A DNA stretch of 64,000 nucleotides from Octopus sinensis (taxonomy: Eukaryota): assembly GCF_006345805.1 (NCBI RefSeq), contig NC_042997.1, positions 22,506,001 to 22,570,000 on the forward strand, in the 5' to 3' direction. The notes under the pieces are model-generated. The model had not been told where the DNA came from. It ran no database searches and saw nothing but the letters and a program-made list of their open reading frames with translations. The position numbers and the translations under genes were made by a program. Below, in pieces: positions 10,984-22,876 of this stretch (positions are counted from its first letter, which is position 1; every line of letters begins with the position of its first letter).

Positions 10984-13711
10984 TGTAGTGACCCTATAAC
11001 GGCGCGCGCTCGCGCACCGTCCATTTGTATTTCGCGCGTGTTGGTGCCTTCACCAAGTGAGAGGAAGGGCCCTCTCGCGCATGCGCGAAGCACCGGAAGA
11101 AGAACCTTATTGCCTACGTAGCAGTTAGAACGTTTGACCGCTGGCAGCAGCAGCGACGACTTGGGACAGCAGCGACCTAAGGAGCAGGACGTTAATATTT
11201 TCTCTCCGTTCGAACTGATTCTAGCAGTCCTTACCAAAAGGCCTTTAACCTGGATTGTTGCAGACATCATCTTCTTCCTCTGGACGCCATTTTGACCCGT
11301 TCTGTTTTTGGCGGCTGAATATTGTAAATATTACAATCGATTAACTTTCAGCCTTGCGCGCCCAGAACCAAGGACATCAGATAACACACTTATTGTTATT
11401 GTTACCAAGAAAGAGAATAAAGTAGTATATATATATTTTACGTCTGCGTCTTGTTGTTTCTGACTGGTAGAATTCTGGATTATTAAAGCAACGGCTAGTG
11501 AGTGATTGCTTTCTTGTACCCCGAAAGTACAAGACAAGATATTCACTCACACATGAAGTTCGTTACAAGTGGTGACCCCGACGTGATTCTGGTCTAAAAC
11601 CAGAGATCACTTATCAACAAAAAAAAATCCAGTTTTTCTGCGAAGTCGGAACACGATTTAACTCTACGCATTCATCTTTCGACGATTTGTTTCCGGCCAC
11701 CACAAACAGTTGTAGAAGGAGCCTCTTTCTTATTCTACAGCCATGATGACGAACGCCATCACATCATCGATGCCTTTTCTCCACCTTCGTCATCGCCATC
11801 GTCGTTTTTCTACTTCACGTCGTCGCTATCTTCGTCGCCATCATCACTAAGAACGATGTTGTCTCAAGTCCACTACAGTCGCTACCACCACCGTCGCCTT
11901 TCAACACCATCGACCTCCACCAAGATGTACATAGCAACTCGCGGAAGTTTGGTCCACTTGCCGTTTGTGCATTAGCACACCAAGAATTCACAGCCCAGCA
12001 CTATCTACGAGATTTCTTCTGTTCCAGTTAACCTGTCACAGCATTGAAGCCACAACCGCTACACGATATGTGTTCAATCGACATCTGCATTTGTGATCTC
12101 AACATTCTGTTACAGAACGAACTGCTATTGTGCTTCAGGCTATTAGAGACTGGTAAATTAACTCTTGTCTGGAATAGCCTTGAGAGACATTTTTTCTATG
12201 CGCTGTTTTTATATTTTGCTCGCATTCACCTTGTATGTATTTCTGTCGCACACACGTACACACACATAAATGCTCTCTCTCTCGCATACATACGTCACAC
12301 ATGCTTTTCTCGCTTGTTTTGTTCCATGCTAAATTTGCCTTTTGTGGACACCCCTCATTTCTATAGACCCTAGCGGTCACGTATACATAGAGAGGGTTGT
12401 TTGTCCATTATAACGCGCCAGCATGTCATACCTTTGTTCCTGTACGAACGAGGCATATAATCGCTCAACCACTGGCATATTCTTGCTGTTTTTCGGTCTG
12501 GCAAGCACTATTGCATTTCATGCGCCTTTGCTTCGCACGTGTATTGCTTTGTTTTTTGCAACACGTTTGCGCTAGCTTAATTCTTTTCCCGACGCATAGG
12601 ACGTCGGATGTTCACATGCGCTGCGCCATGGTTAGGCGTAATTATTTTCCCTGTTAGACCACTGTTGGTCACGTAATTAACAGAAAATTATCTGTGTCGC
12701 GCATCACACCAGCATGTTTGCACTTTTGCCTTTTGTGTTACTAGCGAGCTTCTGTCAATTCCATTTCCTCTCCTGCAGCAATTGATTTAACTGCTATTTC
12801 GCAGGATCAACCACATTTAGAGAAGTTGGATTTAATTTTCGCCTAGGTTCATTAACTGTGAGTTTTGCTTTCCCTCCGCTCCTTTCAGCGGAAGGGTTTA
12901 TACTTTGTGACGTATACACTTTCATGCATGCACTCTTGATTTTGCTCATTGAGTATTTTTTCTCTTTTTCCTTTAGTAAATTTCTTGTGTATGTTATAAA
13001 TTTTGCCATTTTATTATATTGTGTGCTGTTTGGTTATCTGGTGTCCACCTTGAGTTTTGCAGTCACTACAATAAGTTTCCTTTCGTGCGTACGCACTGGA
13101 GGGGAGCCTTGTAGTGACCCTATAACGGCGCGCGCTCGCGCACCGTCCATTTGTATTTCGCGCGTGTTGGTGCCTTCACCAAGTGAGAGGAAGGGCCCTC
13201 TCGCGCATGCGCGAAGCACCGGAAGAAGAACCTTATTGCCTACGTAGCAGTTAGCGAGGCAAGGGGCCGTAGAACGTTTGACCGCTGGCAGCAGCAGCGG
13301 CGACTTGGGACAGCAGCGACCTAAGGAGCAGGACGTTAATATTTTCTCTCCGTTCGAACTGATTCTAGCAATCCTTACCAAAAGGCCTTTAACCTGGATT
13401 GTTGCAGACATCATCTTCTTCCTCTGGACGCCATTTTGACCCGTTCTGTTTTTGGCGGCTGAATATTGTAAATATTACAATCGATTAACTTTCAGCCTTG
13501 CGCGCCCAGAACCAAGGACATCAGATAACACACTTATTGTTATTGTTACCAAGAAAGAGAATAAAGTAGTATATATATATTTTACGTCTGCGTCTTGTTG
13601 TTTCTGACTGGTAGAATTCTGGATTATTAAAGCAACGGCTAGTGAGTGATTGCTTTCTTGTACCCCGAAAGTACAAGACAAGATATTCACTCACACATGA
13701 AGTTCGTTACA
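10984..13711 (+). mobile_element. Non-autonomous LTR retrotransposon (Ty3/Gypsy, CsRn1-like derivative)
   Basis: LTRs at 10984-11567 and 13110-13711 (TG...CA) differ by two substitutions and one 18-bp indel. AGTG is duplicated at 10980-10983 and 13712-13715. PBS at 11570-11587, PPT at 13098-13106, and no long internal ORF. Confidence 0.92.
11570..11587 (+). promoter_or_regulatory. Primer-binding site complementary to the tRNA-Trp 3' end
   Basis: tggtgaccccgacgtgat lies 2 nt after the LTR and matches the reverse complement of the eukaryotic tRNA-Trp 3' end (aucacgucggggucacca). Confidence 0.9.
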
Positions 13712-14327
13712 AGTGCTTACGGAACTACTTAGATTGCGTATTATTCCTTTATTAGGACAGTGTGGTCTGATTTGAGGGAGATTTAGCTAATATTTCTAGC
13801 AGGTCGAACAACGACGTAAGGCGTTTCCCTTGCGATTTTGTACTGTTGCTATTATAGTTGATAGTGATGTGTAACACTATGTCTGCTCTCCTGGAGTAGA
13901 TCGACAATCAAAGACATTTCGGCGTGAACTTTCTACCTAGCGAATAGAATATGTAACGATAATAACTCAGCTAATGATATTCGGATGACGACATTTCTAT
14001 AACGAGACTAAAATCAGGTATTCAAGAAGCATAAATCTAAACTGCGCCTCAAGGTCAAGAACAACAGGAACTAACCTCTCATTCTACTACACTTGTCAAT
14101 TACTTATCGTTGGTTTATTAAATGGCTCTAGCTGACAACCAGATGTAATTCTGAGAAAATTCACTTTTCTCATTTCTAAGAAGCGGGGAATTTTCTGTTT
14201 GTAAATATTTTGGTTAAGTGGAACGATGGTTGTTTAGTCACGTAACATCAAATTTTATTTACGAACGAGAAGGTTCTGAATTATCTGAGTGTTCAAAGTG
14301 GGCTTTGTATTATTATTATTATTATTA

Positions 14328-14357
<30 letters not shown>

Positions 14358-14358
<1 letters not shown>

Positions 14359-14957
14359 GAGTGAGAGAGCAGTTCATGCCATCAAAGTGACACCGGGGTA
14401 AAATATACGAAGCTCAATATACCCATCATGACTACCCGTCTGATAAAGGTACACCAGGCACATGCATCACAACCATATGTGCGCGACATGGTGATCTCAT
14501 ATCAAGATAAACAGCACATGACCTTGCAGGTGGGGCCCAGTTAGAATTTTCTTCAGGTTGAGTAGCCCATCCTGCTCAAAAGGTCCCTGAATAAGGGTTG
14601 TTTAAGGATGTTGAAAGAACCACCCATGTTTCCAGAGGTGAATTATTCAAACCCCAAAGAATCCCTCTCAACACATGGCTATGATGCTCCCCCACTACTT
14701 CTGCTCGTGATCAGAGATGCACATATCGTCAGCCACTAAGGGACATGCTCAACTGGTTAAGGTCAAACAACTGACAAGCAAATCTGTGGTATTGAGCAGA
14801 ATATTTGCTGTAGCCCATCTTTTATACCAAGACAAAACAATGTACATGATAACACTTCCAATCAGTTAAGATCAGAAGCCATGAGAGCCACTGCCTGGTA
14901 CCGCATCAGGGCATGATAACACTTCCAATCAGTTAAGATCAGAAGCCATGAGACCCA
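14358..14957. repeat. Unclassified interspersed repeat flanked by (TTA)n, with a terminal ~43-bp duplication
   Basis: A complex non-coding block of about 600 bp sits between two TTA tracts. catgataacacttccaatcagttaagatcagaagccatgaga occurs twice, at about 14845 and 14911. Confidence 0.55.
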
Positions 14958-14976
14958 TATTATTATTATTATTACC

Positions 14977-15008
<32 letters not shown>

Positions 15009-15026
15009 CATCATCATTATCATTAC

Positions 15027-15124
<98 letters not shown>

Positions 15125-15144
15125 TCATCATCATCATCATCATC

Positions 15145-15207
<63 letters not shown>

Positions 15208-15439
15208 ATTATTGGTGGGTGTTGGTAGATGCGTAGAATCATTAGTGCAACGGAAAGTACATTAGTATATTTGTTCTAGCTTTTACGTTCGGAGTTCAAA
15301 TCTTGCCGAAGTCAACTTAGTTTTAGTTCATTTTGCGGCCGTTGAAATAATATACCAGTCAGGTACTGAAGTCTGCTAAACGCCTCCCCTGTTGGTCTTG
15401 CACCTAAATAAGAAACCATCATAATTGCTATTGTGTGTT

Positions 15440-15568
15440 AGTAGAGTGGCACAGTTATTGGGGAGTCGAAAACTGCATCCCTCCAACTTTTACAGTCTGA
15501 GTTCAAATCCTACCAAAGTCAACTTTATTTTCTCTTCTCTCAGCGATCAATAAAATGAAGTACCTGTC
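15440..15568 (+). mobile_element. SINE split by the Gypsy insertion (remainder at 20175-20245)
   Basis: SINE sequence ...aagtacctgtc is interrupted and resumes as ctgtcaaatgcatgcgtcgatttaatcga after the 3' LTR. Confidence 0.7.
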
Positions 15569-18500
15569 TGTTACATATTCATATCTGTGTGTTTGCGAAT
15601 GCCAAACTACTCCCTACTCTTGGCACTATTTTGTAGTGAATAGTACGAACTGTGTGAAAAGTAAACAATGTATCACTACACTAATGTCGTCCGTGTAATC
15701 AAGCAACGTCAATAAACACGTTAAATAATAACAATGGTTCTAAACTGGTTGTCTTTCCCAATACAACAAACTACACGCATAACATGGTGGCAGCGGTAAA
15801 CAATTAATCCGGAATTGTGCTTTTAAAACAAAACAGGAACACAACGAACGAGGAAATCAACAAACAAAACATCGCTTCGTCTTCGGAAAACATAAACAAA
15901 GAATCCAAGATGGCGAACCCCGTCGCCGTACAGATGAATCTACATCCGATTATGGATTGGGATTCCAGTGATGTCGTAGAAGAATTTAAAAAATTCAAAC
16001 AAAAAACTCAACTAGCTTTCAAAAGTTTCCTGAAAGGCACAACTGACGATGAAAAGGTAAGTTATATCCTTTTATGGTCAGGCAATAAAGGAATAGACCT
16101 ATACAATAGCTGGGATATGTCAGAATCAGACTGCAATGACCCAGATACACTTCTTGAAAAATTTGAGAGGCACTTAGAGCCCAGGTCAAACCACAGAATT
16201 CAGAGATACGAATTCCAGGGCCTGAAACAAGCCCCACAAGAAACAATAGACAATTTCCTGTCAAGACTGAAAAACGTTGCAGAGAAATGCAAATTCAAAG
16301 ACAGGGAGGAGAGAATTATAGACCAATTAATATGGGGGTGTGCCCACAGAGAAGTGCAAAAATCCCTCATAGGTAAGGACGCTCTCCAGTTGGTAGAAGC
16401 AGTAGACACTGCAAGAGCATACGAAGCCACTACCAAACAGATGGCCTCACTTAACTTGCAAACAAGCCCACTAGGTAGCAGTGTAGTTACTGTATCAAGG
16501 CACAGGACGCAAAACCACAAACAAAGAACATGCCAGTACTGTGGTACAGAACATGAATTTAATAACCGGAAAAAATGTCCTGCATTCGGTACACACTGCA
16601 AAGGATGTGGAAAACTGAACCACTGGAAAAAAATGTGTAGGGTAACAAAATCCCAGAGATACAAGCCCCAATTTTCAAAGAGGAGCAGAAATAGAAGGGA
16701 TATACATGAACAACAACAGGGACAAAGCACCTCAGAGGAGGAATGCTTGGCAATCGGCATAATAAATGTGCATGAGATGAGAAAGGACGACCGGAAGAAA
16801 GAAGATGAGGCATACACGACAATAAGAATTGAAAAGAAGGCCGGAAGGAAAAGAACAAACATAGACTTATGGCTGAAGATAGACACTGGGGCCCAGAGTA
16901 ATATCTTACCTGTCAACCTCTACAAAAAGATGTTCCCAGAACACATAACAAAAGAGGATAAAGTCAAACAAGGAATCCTCACACCAAGTGATGTAATCCT
17001 CACTGCGTATGGAGGAACCAGGATTCCACAACTGGGTAAAACAACTATCGCAGGGACACACAAAGGAAAATTGATTAAGTGTTCTTTTTATGTCACAAGA
17101 ACAGAAGGGCCAGCAATTCTTGGACTCAATACCTGCAAAAAGCTAAAGATTGTATCAATCAATGCTGAAGTGAAAGCAGCTCCAAGCAGAATTGACAGTG
17201 ATATGCCTATCAAAGATCGACCACAAATCACAAACAAAGAGGAACTGATAAGCATGTACCCTGAATGCTTTGACGACACAGTCGGGTGCTTTGTGAAATG
17301 TCGATATCATATAACAGTCGACCCTAATATCAAACCAATTGTCCACCCACCTCGCCGCGTCCCTCTAGAACTAAAAGAGAAGCTGAAGACAGAGTTGGAC
17401 AAAATGGAAAAAAAGGAAATAATCACCAAAGTGACACAGCCAACAGACTGGGTAAATTCAATAGTGATCAAGGAAAAACCCAATGGAACCCTACGGATAT
17501 GCCTCGACCCAAGGGACTTGAACAAGGCATTAAAAAGGGAGTACCATCCAATTCCAACCCTTGAAGAAATCACACCATCATTGGCTGGATCCAAATTATT
17601 CAGCAAACTGGGTGCCAGCAATGGGTACTGGAATATAAAAATAGACAAAGAGTCATCCATGCTCACTACCTTCAACACACCATTTGGCAGATATCGGTTC
17701 AACCGACTCCCATTTGGATTGAAGGTGAGCCAAGATGTTTTCCAGCGCCAAATAGATGAGACATACCAAGGCTGCAAGGGAGCAATTGGAATAGCAGATG
17801 ACATCCAAGTGCATGGCAAGGATGAGACCACACATGACTTCAATTTACATGAAGCTATGGAGAAAACCCGACAAGCAGGCATCAAACTCAATGCAGACAA
17901 GTGTATAATAAAAGAAAAGGAGTGCAAATTCTTTGGAATTATATACTCTGCAGAGGGAGTTAAGTCAGACCCCGCTAAAGTGGAAGCCATCAGAGATATC
18001 AAAGATCCTAAAGACAGGAAGGAACTCAGGAGCTTCCTGGGACTCATCAACTACATGGGAGCCTTCATACCCAAGCTGGCCGATCACACTGCAAATCTCC
18101 GAGAGCTAAACAGAGATGACGTAGAGTTTGATTGGTGTGCTTCACACACACAGGATTTCGAGGCAATCAAAAAGCTCATCAGTAAGGAGACAACTCTGCA
18201 ATACTATGACAGACGGAAACCAGCAACACTCCAAGTCGATGCTTCAATGAGAGGAGTTGGCGCAGCACTGATACAGGAAGGTAAACCCATTGCATTTGCC
18301 TCGAAAGCTCTCTCACCCACAGAGACAAGGTACGCGAATATTGAAAGGGAACTCCTGGCAGTAGTATATGGATGCGAAAAGTTCCATACATACCTGTATG
18401 GCAGGCACTTCAATATAGAAACAGACCATCGGCCGCTAGAGCAAATACATAAGAAAAACCTCATGAAAGCACCAGCCAGACTGCAAAGATTACTGCTAAG

Positions 18501-20174
18501 GCTTCAAACATATGACTATGATATCGGGTACAAGCCAGGAAAAGAAATGATATTGGCGGATGCTCTTTCCAGACTATCCTCACATGATAAACAGGAGATG
18601 GAAGGACTGAGCATAAAGGTGCACCACATTATAAATGTGACAACCACAAAGATAGCGGAAATCAAAGAGGAGACCAGCAAAGATGAAGAACTTCAGCTCC
18701 TTACTCAGATGGTGATTCAGGGGTGGCCAGAAAAGAGACATCAGGTGCAACCCCTGATTCGTGAATATTGGGCCATCCATGATGATATATCAGTGGAGAA
18801 TGGGATCCTGATGGCTGGATCCCGAATCATTATACCCAAGTCAATGCAAGAAGAGATTCTTGACAGGATCCACCAAGGGCATCTAGGGATGGAAAAGTGC
18901 AAGCTCCGAGCCAAGTCAGCAGTATATTGGGTAGGCATGTACAAAGACATAGAAAAGACAGTTTCTACATGCCGCATCTGCCAAAAGTACAGAACCTCAC
19001 AACAAAAGGAGGAAATGATAGCTAGTGACATCCCAAGAAGGCCAAGGCAAACTATTGGAGTAGATCTATTCACAGAAGGCCAAGAATGGTATTTAATAAT
19101 GGCCTGCTACTACTCTAAATTTCCATTTGTGAGAAAAGTGAAAGACCTGACAGCCAAAACAATCACTACAGTGGCCCGAGGACTCCTAGCAGAGCAAGGA
19201 ATACCAGAGCAGATCATATGTGACAATGGAACCCAGTTCACGTCACAAGAATTCAAAAAGCTAGCTGAAGAGTATGGGTTCAATATCACAACATCATCTC
19301 CACACTACCCCAAAGGTCATGGGTTTATAGAAAGACAGGTGCAGACAGTGAAGAGAACACTAGTCAAATGCCGAGAGACTAAGGAAGACCTACACCTGGC
19401 ACTTATGTCCCTACGAACGACTCCACTGAGAGCTAATATGAAATCCCCAGCAGAATTGCTGAATGGCAGGAAGTATAAAACTACCCTGCCAACTAAGATT
19501 CAACCTCCTATTGACCAGAAAGAAACAAGGGCCAAGCTAGCAGCCACTCAAGAACAAGCACAGAGGCATTGCAACAAACATACACATTTACCTGAGATGC
19601 TTGGAGGACAACATGTGTATACTCAAGATCCCATAACTAAAACATGGATCCCAGTAAAGGTTGTCAGTAGAGCTGAAACTCCAAGATCAAATATGATAGA
19701 AACAGAATCTGGTAGGCAGCTGAAACAACAGGGCCCACATCCGCCCAACACCAGAGCTGCCGAGGAAAACGTGTACAACACACCTCAGACACCGGTGCGA
19801 AGCAGAAGATCCACCAGATGGAGAAAGAACATTCTGCCACCGGTTCGATACCGCTAAAGAAAAAGAAAAGACATGATGAAAATCCATAGAGCAAGGGAGA
19901 CTACTCATAGTTGTCTTCACTGCCAAGAGAACCCCTTTTTTTTTTCAAGAAGAAGGGATGTTACATATTCATATCTGTGTGTTTGCGAATGCCAAACTAC
20001 TCCCTACTCTTGGCACTATTTTGTAGTGAATAGTACGAACTGTGTGAAAAGTAAACAATGTATCACTACACTAATGTCGTCCGTGTAATCAAGCAACGTC
20101 AATAAACACGTTAAATAATAACAATGGTTCTAAACTGGTTGTCTTTCCCAATACAACAAACTACACGCATAACA
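15569..20174 (+). mobile_element. Full-length Ty3/Gypsy LTR retrotransposon, Mag-like lineage
   Basis: 216-bp LTRs at 15569-15784 and 19959-20174 are identical by eye (tgttac...ataaca). TSD CTGTC at 15564-15568 and 20175-20179. PBS tggtggcagcggt (tRNA-Leu) at 15785-15797. PPT aagaagaaggga at 19947-19958. Confidence 0.97.
15817..19857 (+). CDS. Gag-Pol polyprotein (Gag zinc knuckles, aspartic protease, RT, RNase H, integrase); first ATG at 15910
   Basis: CQYCG..H..CPAFGTHCKGCGKLNHWKKMC; KIDTGAQSNIL; RICLDPRDLNKAL, SKLGASNGYW (D->G), IADDIQV; VDAS..IERELLAV..TDHRPL..ADALSR; H..H..C..C, GVDLF, CDNGTQF, GFIERQVQTVK. Confidence 0.95.
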   Translation: MLLKQNRNTTNEEINKQNIASSSENINKESKMANPVAVQMNLHPIMDWDSSDVVEEFKKFKQKTQLAFKSFLKGTTDDEKVSYILLWSGNKGIDLYNSWDMSESDCNDPDTLLEKFERHLEPRSNHRIQRYEFQGLKQAPQETIDNFLSRLKNVAEKCKFKDREERIIDQLIWGCAHREVQKSLIGKDALQLVEAVDTARAYEATTKQMASLNLQTSPLGSSVVTVSRHRTQNHKQRTCQYCGTEHEFNNRKKCPAFGTHCKGCGKLNHWKKMCRVTKSQRYKPQFSKRSRNRRDIHEQQQGQSTSEEECLAIGIINVHEMRKDDRKKEDEAYTTIRIEKKAGRKRTNIDLWLKIDTGAQSNILPVNLYKKMFPEHITKEDKVKQGILTPSDVILTAYGGTRIPQLGKTTIAGTHKGKLIKCSFYVTRTEGPAILGLNTCKKLKIVSINAEVKAAPSRIDSDMPIKDRPQITNKEELISMYPECFDDTVGCFVKCRYHITVDPNIKPIVHPPRRVPLELKEKLKTELDKMEKKEIITKVTQPTDWVNSIVIKEKPNGTLRICLDPRDLNKALKREYHPIPTLEEITPSLAGSKLFSKLGASNGYWNIKIDKESSMLTTFNTPFGRYRFNRLPFGLKVSQDVFQRQIDETYQGCKGAIGIADDIQVHGKDETTHDFNLHEAMEKTRQAGIKLNADKCIIKEKECKFFGIIYSAEGVKSDPAKVEAIRDIKDPKDRKELRSFLGLINYMGAFIPKLADHTANLRELNRDDVEFDWCASHTQDFEAIKKLISKETTLQYYDRRKPATLQVDASMRGVGAALIQEGKPIAFASKALSPTETRYANIERELLAVVYGCEKFHTYLYGRHFNIETDHRPLEQIHKKNLMKAPARLQRLLLRLQTYDYDIGYKPGKEMILADALSRLSSHDKQEMEGLSIKVHHIINVTTTKIAEIKEETSKDEELQLLTQMVIQGWPEKRHQVQPLIREYWAIHDDISVENGILMAGSRIIIPKSMQEEILDRIHQGHLGMEKCKLRAKSAVYWVGMYKDIEKTVSTCRICQKYRTSQQKEEMIASDIPRRPRQTIGVDLFTEGQEWYLIMACYYSKFPFVRKVKDLTAKTITTVARGLLAEQGIPEQIICDNGTQFTSQEFKKLAEEYGFNITTSSPHYPKGHGFIERQVQTVKRTLVKCRETKEDLHLALMSLRTTPLRANMKSPAELLNGRKYKTTLPTKIQPPIDQKETRAKLAATQEQAQRHCNKHTHLPEMLGGQHVYTQDPITKTWIPVKVVSRAETPRSNMIETESGRQLKQQGPHPPNTRAAEENVYNTPQTPVRSRRSTRWRKNILPPVRYR

Positions 20175-20689
20175 CTGTCAAATGCATGCGTCGATTTAAT
20201 CGATCTACCTATCACTCAAATTTCTGGCTTCGTGATTAAATTAGAAACTATTATTTGATAGCAGTGGCCAGGGAGACTCGTCAGAGCGTGGTACAAAAAT
20301 TCAACAGCTCTTCCACCTCTTTACGTTCTATGCTTACATCCAACGGAGGTCACCTTATCATCATTCCGAGGTCGATAAAATACAGTAACAGTCAAGTACT
20401 GATTGATATAATCAACTATCCTCTTCTCTCGGACTTGTGGTGTTGTTAAAAATTGTATGGCGAGCTGGCAGAGTCGTCAACACGCTGGGCAAGATCCTTT
20501 GTAGTGTTTCATCTGTCTGTACGTTGAGTTCAATGTCTGCCGAGGTTGACTTTGCCTTTCATCCTTTCAGGATAGACAAAACAAGTATTGGTTGAACACT
20601 GAAGTCGATGTAATTGACTTACCTCTTCCTCCAGTATTGCTGGCCATGCCACAAAATATGAAACTATTATTATTATCGTTATTATTTCC

Positions 20690-21050
20690 ATTAGCATCTT
20701 CTTTCAATTCTGCTTCCATTTTTGCCGAATGTCTTTCTGACACCTAGGGCAGAGAAACGCACTGTATACGTTGGTAGGCCATTAAAATAAACACACCAAA
20801 TTGTTCGCTTACAAAGTTATGTGATAGAGAAAAGAGGAAGAAAGATAGAAAAAGACAATAAAAAATAAAAAATAGAAAAATAAAGAGGAAAAGGAAAAGA
20901 AAATTCACAACGACAGTGTTCATCTCAATACGTGTAACGTAGCAGTTAAGATAATCTTTTGCGCTTATTGTATGGATGGTAAGCCAGGGATCATTCTTAA
21001 ATAATTTTCAGTTCTCAAGGATCATGCGATTGATAAAGAGTTGGTCTTTG
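20690..21050 (-). mobile_element. R4-type 3' end fragment
   Basis: Homologous to the 3'UTR and ORF end at 48770-49060 (tatacgttggtaggccattaaa; gatggtaagccagggatcattct). Confidence 0.7.
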
Positions 21051-21062
21051 CATCCATCATCA

Positions 21063-21123
<61 letters not shown>

Positions 21124-21144
21124 CATCATCATCATCATCATCAT

Positions 21145-21732
<588 letters not shown>

Positions 21733-21738
21733 GCATTA

Positions 21739-21813
<75 letters not shown>

Positions 21814-21829
21814 CATCATCATCATTATT

Positions 21830-22810
21830 ATTTGTTTGACTTTTGCTTTGCATTTGTACAAGTTGACTCCGGTTCTCACCCAGAGACTTCAAGAGACAAG
21901 TTAGAAGTTCATGTTGGTGTTATGCCTAGGGTGTCATATATTTGGATTTACACATAGTTTTGTTCTAGAGAATGTTTAAGAAAACAAGAAAACTATGAGT
22001 TTCTTTTAAAATTTGAGATAACATAGTATTTTACAGAGGACATGGACAATTCCTATGAGCACTATCTTTTGAATTTCTGGCATTTTGGGGTTTCCTGGTA
22101 CCTGAGCCAGGTAGGAATCAGTCCCTTTTGCTATCATTCTTAGGGCACCTATGACAACAGGTATGGTTTTAGTCTTGAGGTTCCACATTTAGCCAATTTC
22201 TATTTCCAGATCTTTATATTTGCTCAGTTTTTGGTAGGTTTTGACAAATATATTTACGTCGATTGGGACAGTCATATCAATGAGGAAGCATGATTTTTGT
22301 CTGAAGTCTTTCAATATAATGTCTGGCTTATTCGCACCTATCTTTCTGTCAGTTTGAATGGTGAAGTTGCAGAGGAGTGAGATGTGATCATTTTCAAGCA
22401 CTGGTTTGTGTTCCCACCAGTTTTTATCATGGGGCAGGTCCAGGTTTTTTCAAATTTCCCAGTGGATGTATTGTGCTGCTCTATCATGCTTGTTGAGATA
22501 CTCTGTAGGCCCAAGAAGACTGCACATGGAGACAACATGACATGATCAGGTTTCATTTTGTTGTTGACATACATGTTGGGCTGCTGCAGTTCTTTAATAT
22601 GTTGGCCTGGTAATTCCTTGTCGGTAAGCATTGACCTTTGGTTGCTATGATAAACCCTTTTGTTTCTGATTTTAAGCCAGAAGACACTAATCATTGATGG
22701 GTAAGAACTTTGTCAACATCGGCACTATTAGCTCTCTTTGGGCATTTGCTATTGAGAGATTTTTCTTGCCATTTATCAGTAAGAATATCTAAGGCAGCAG
22801 TTTTAGTACG
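21830..22810 (-). mobile_element. 5'-truncated R4-type RLE copy, same subfamily as 21268
   Basis: ORFs 22006-22694 include ANKPDIILKDF..FLIDMTVPID. The 3'UTR is shared with the 21268 copy. Confidence 0.85.
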
Positions 22811-22821
22811 GGTTATTATTA

Positions 22822-22871
<50 letters not shown>

Positions 22872-22876
<5 letters not shown>

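Noticed and set aside
16019-19073. Multiple antisense ORFs up to 247 aa inside the Gypsy element
   Set aside because: Shadow frames of a long coding sequence with no recognisable motifs.
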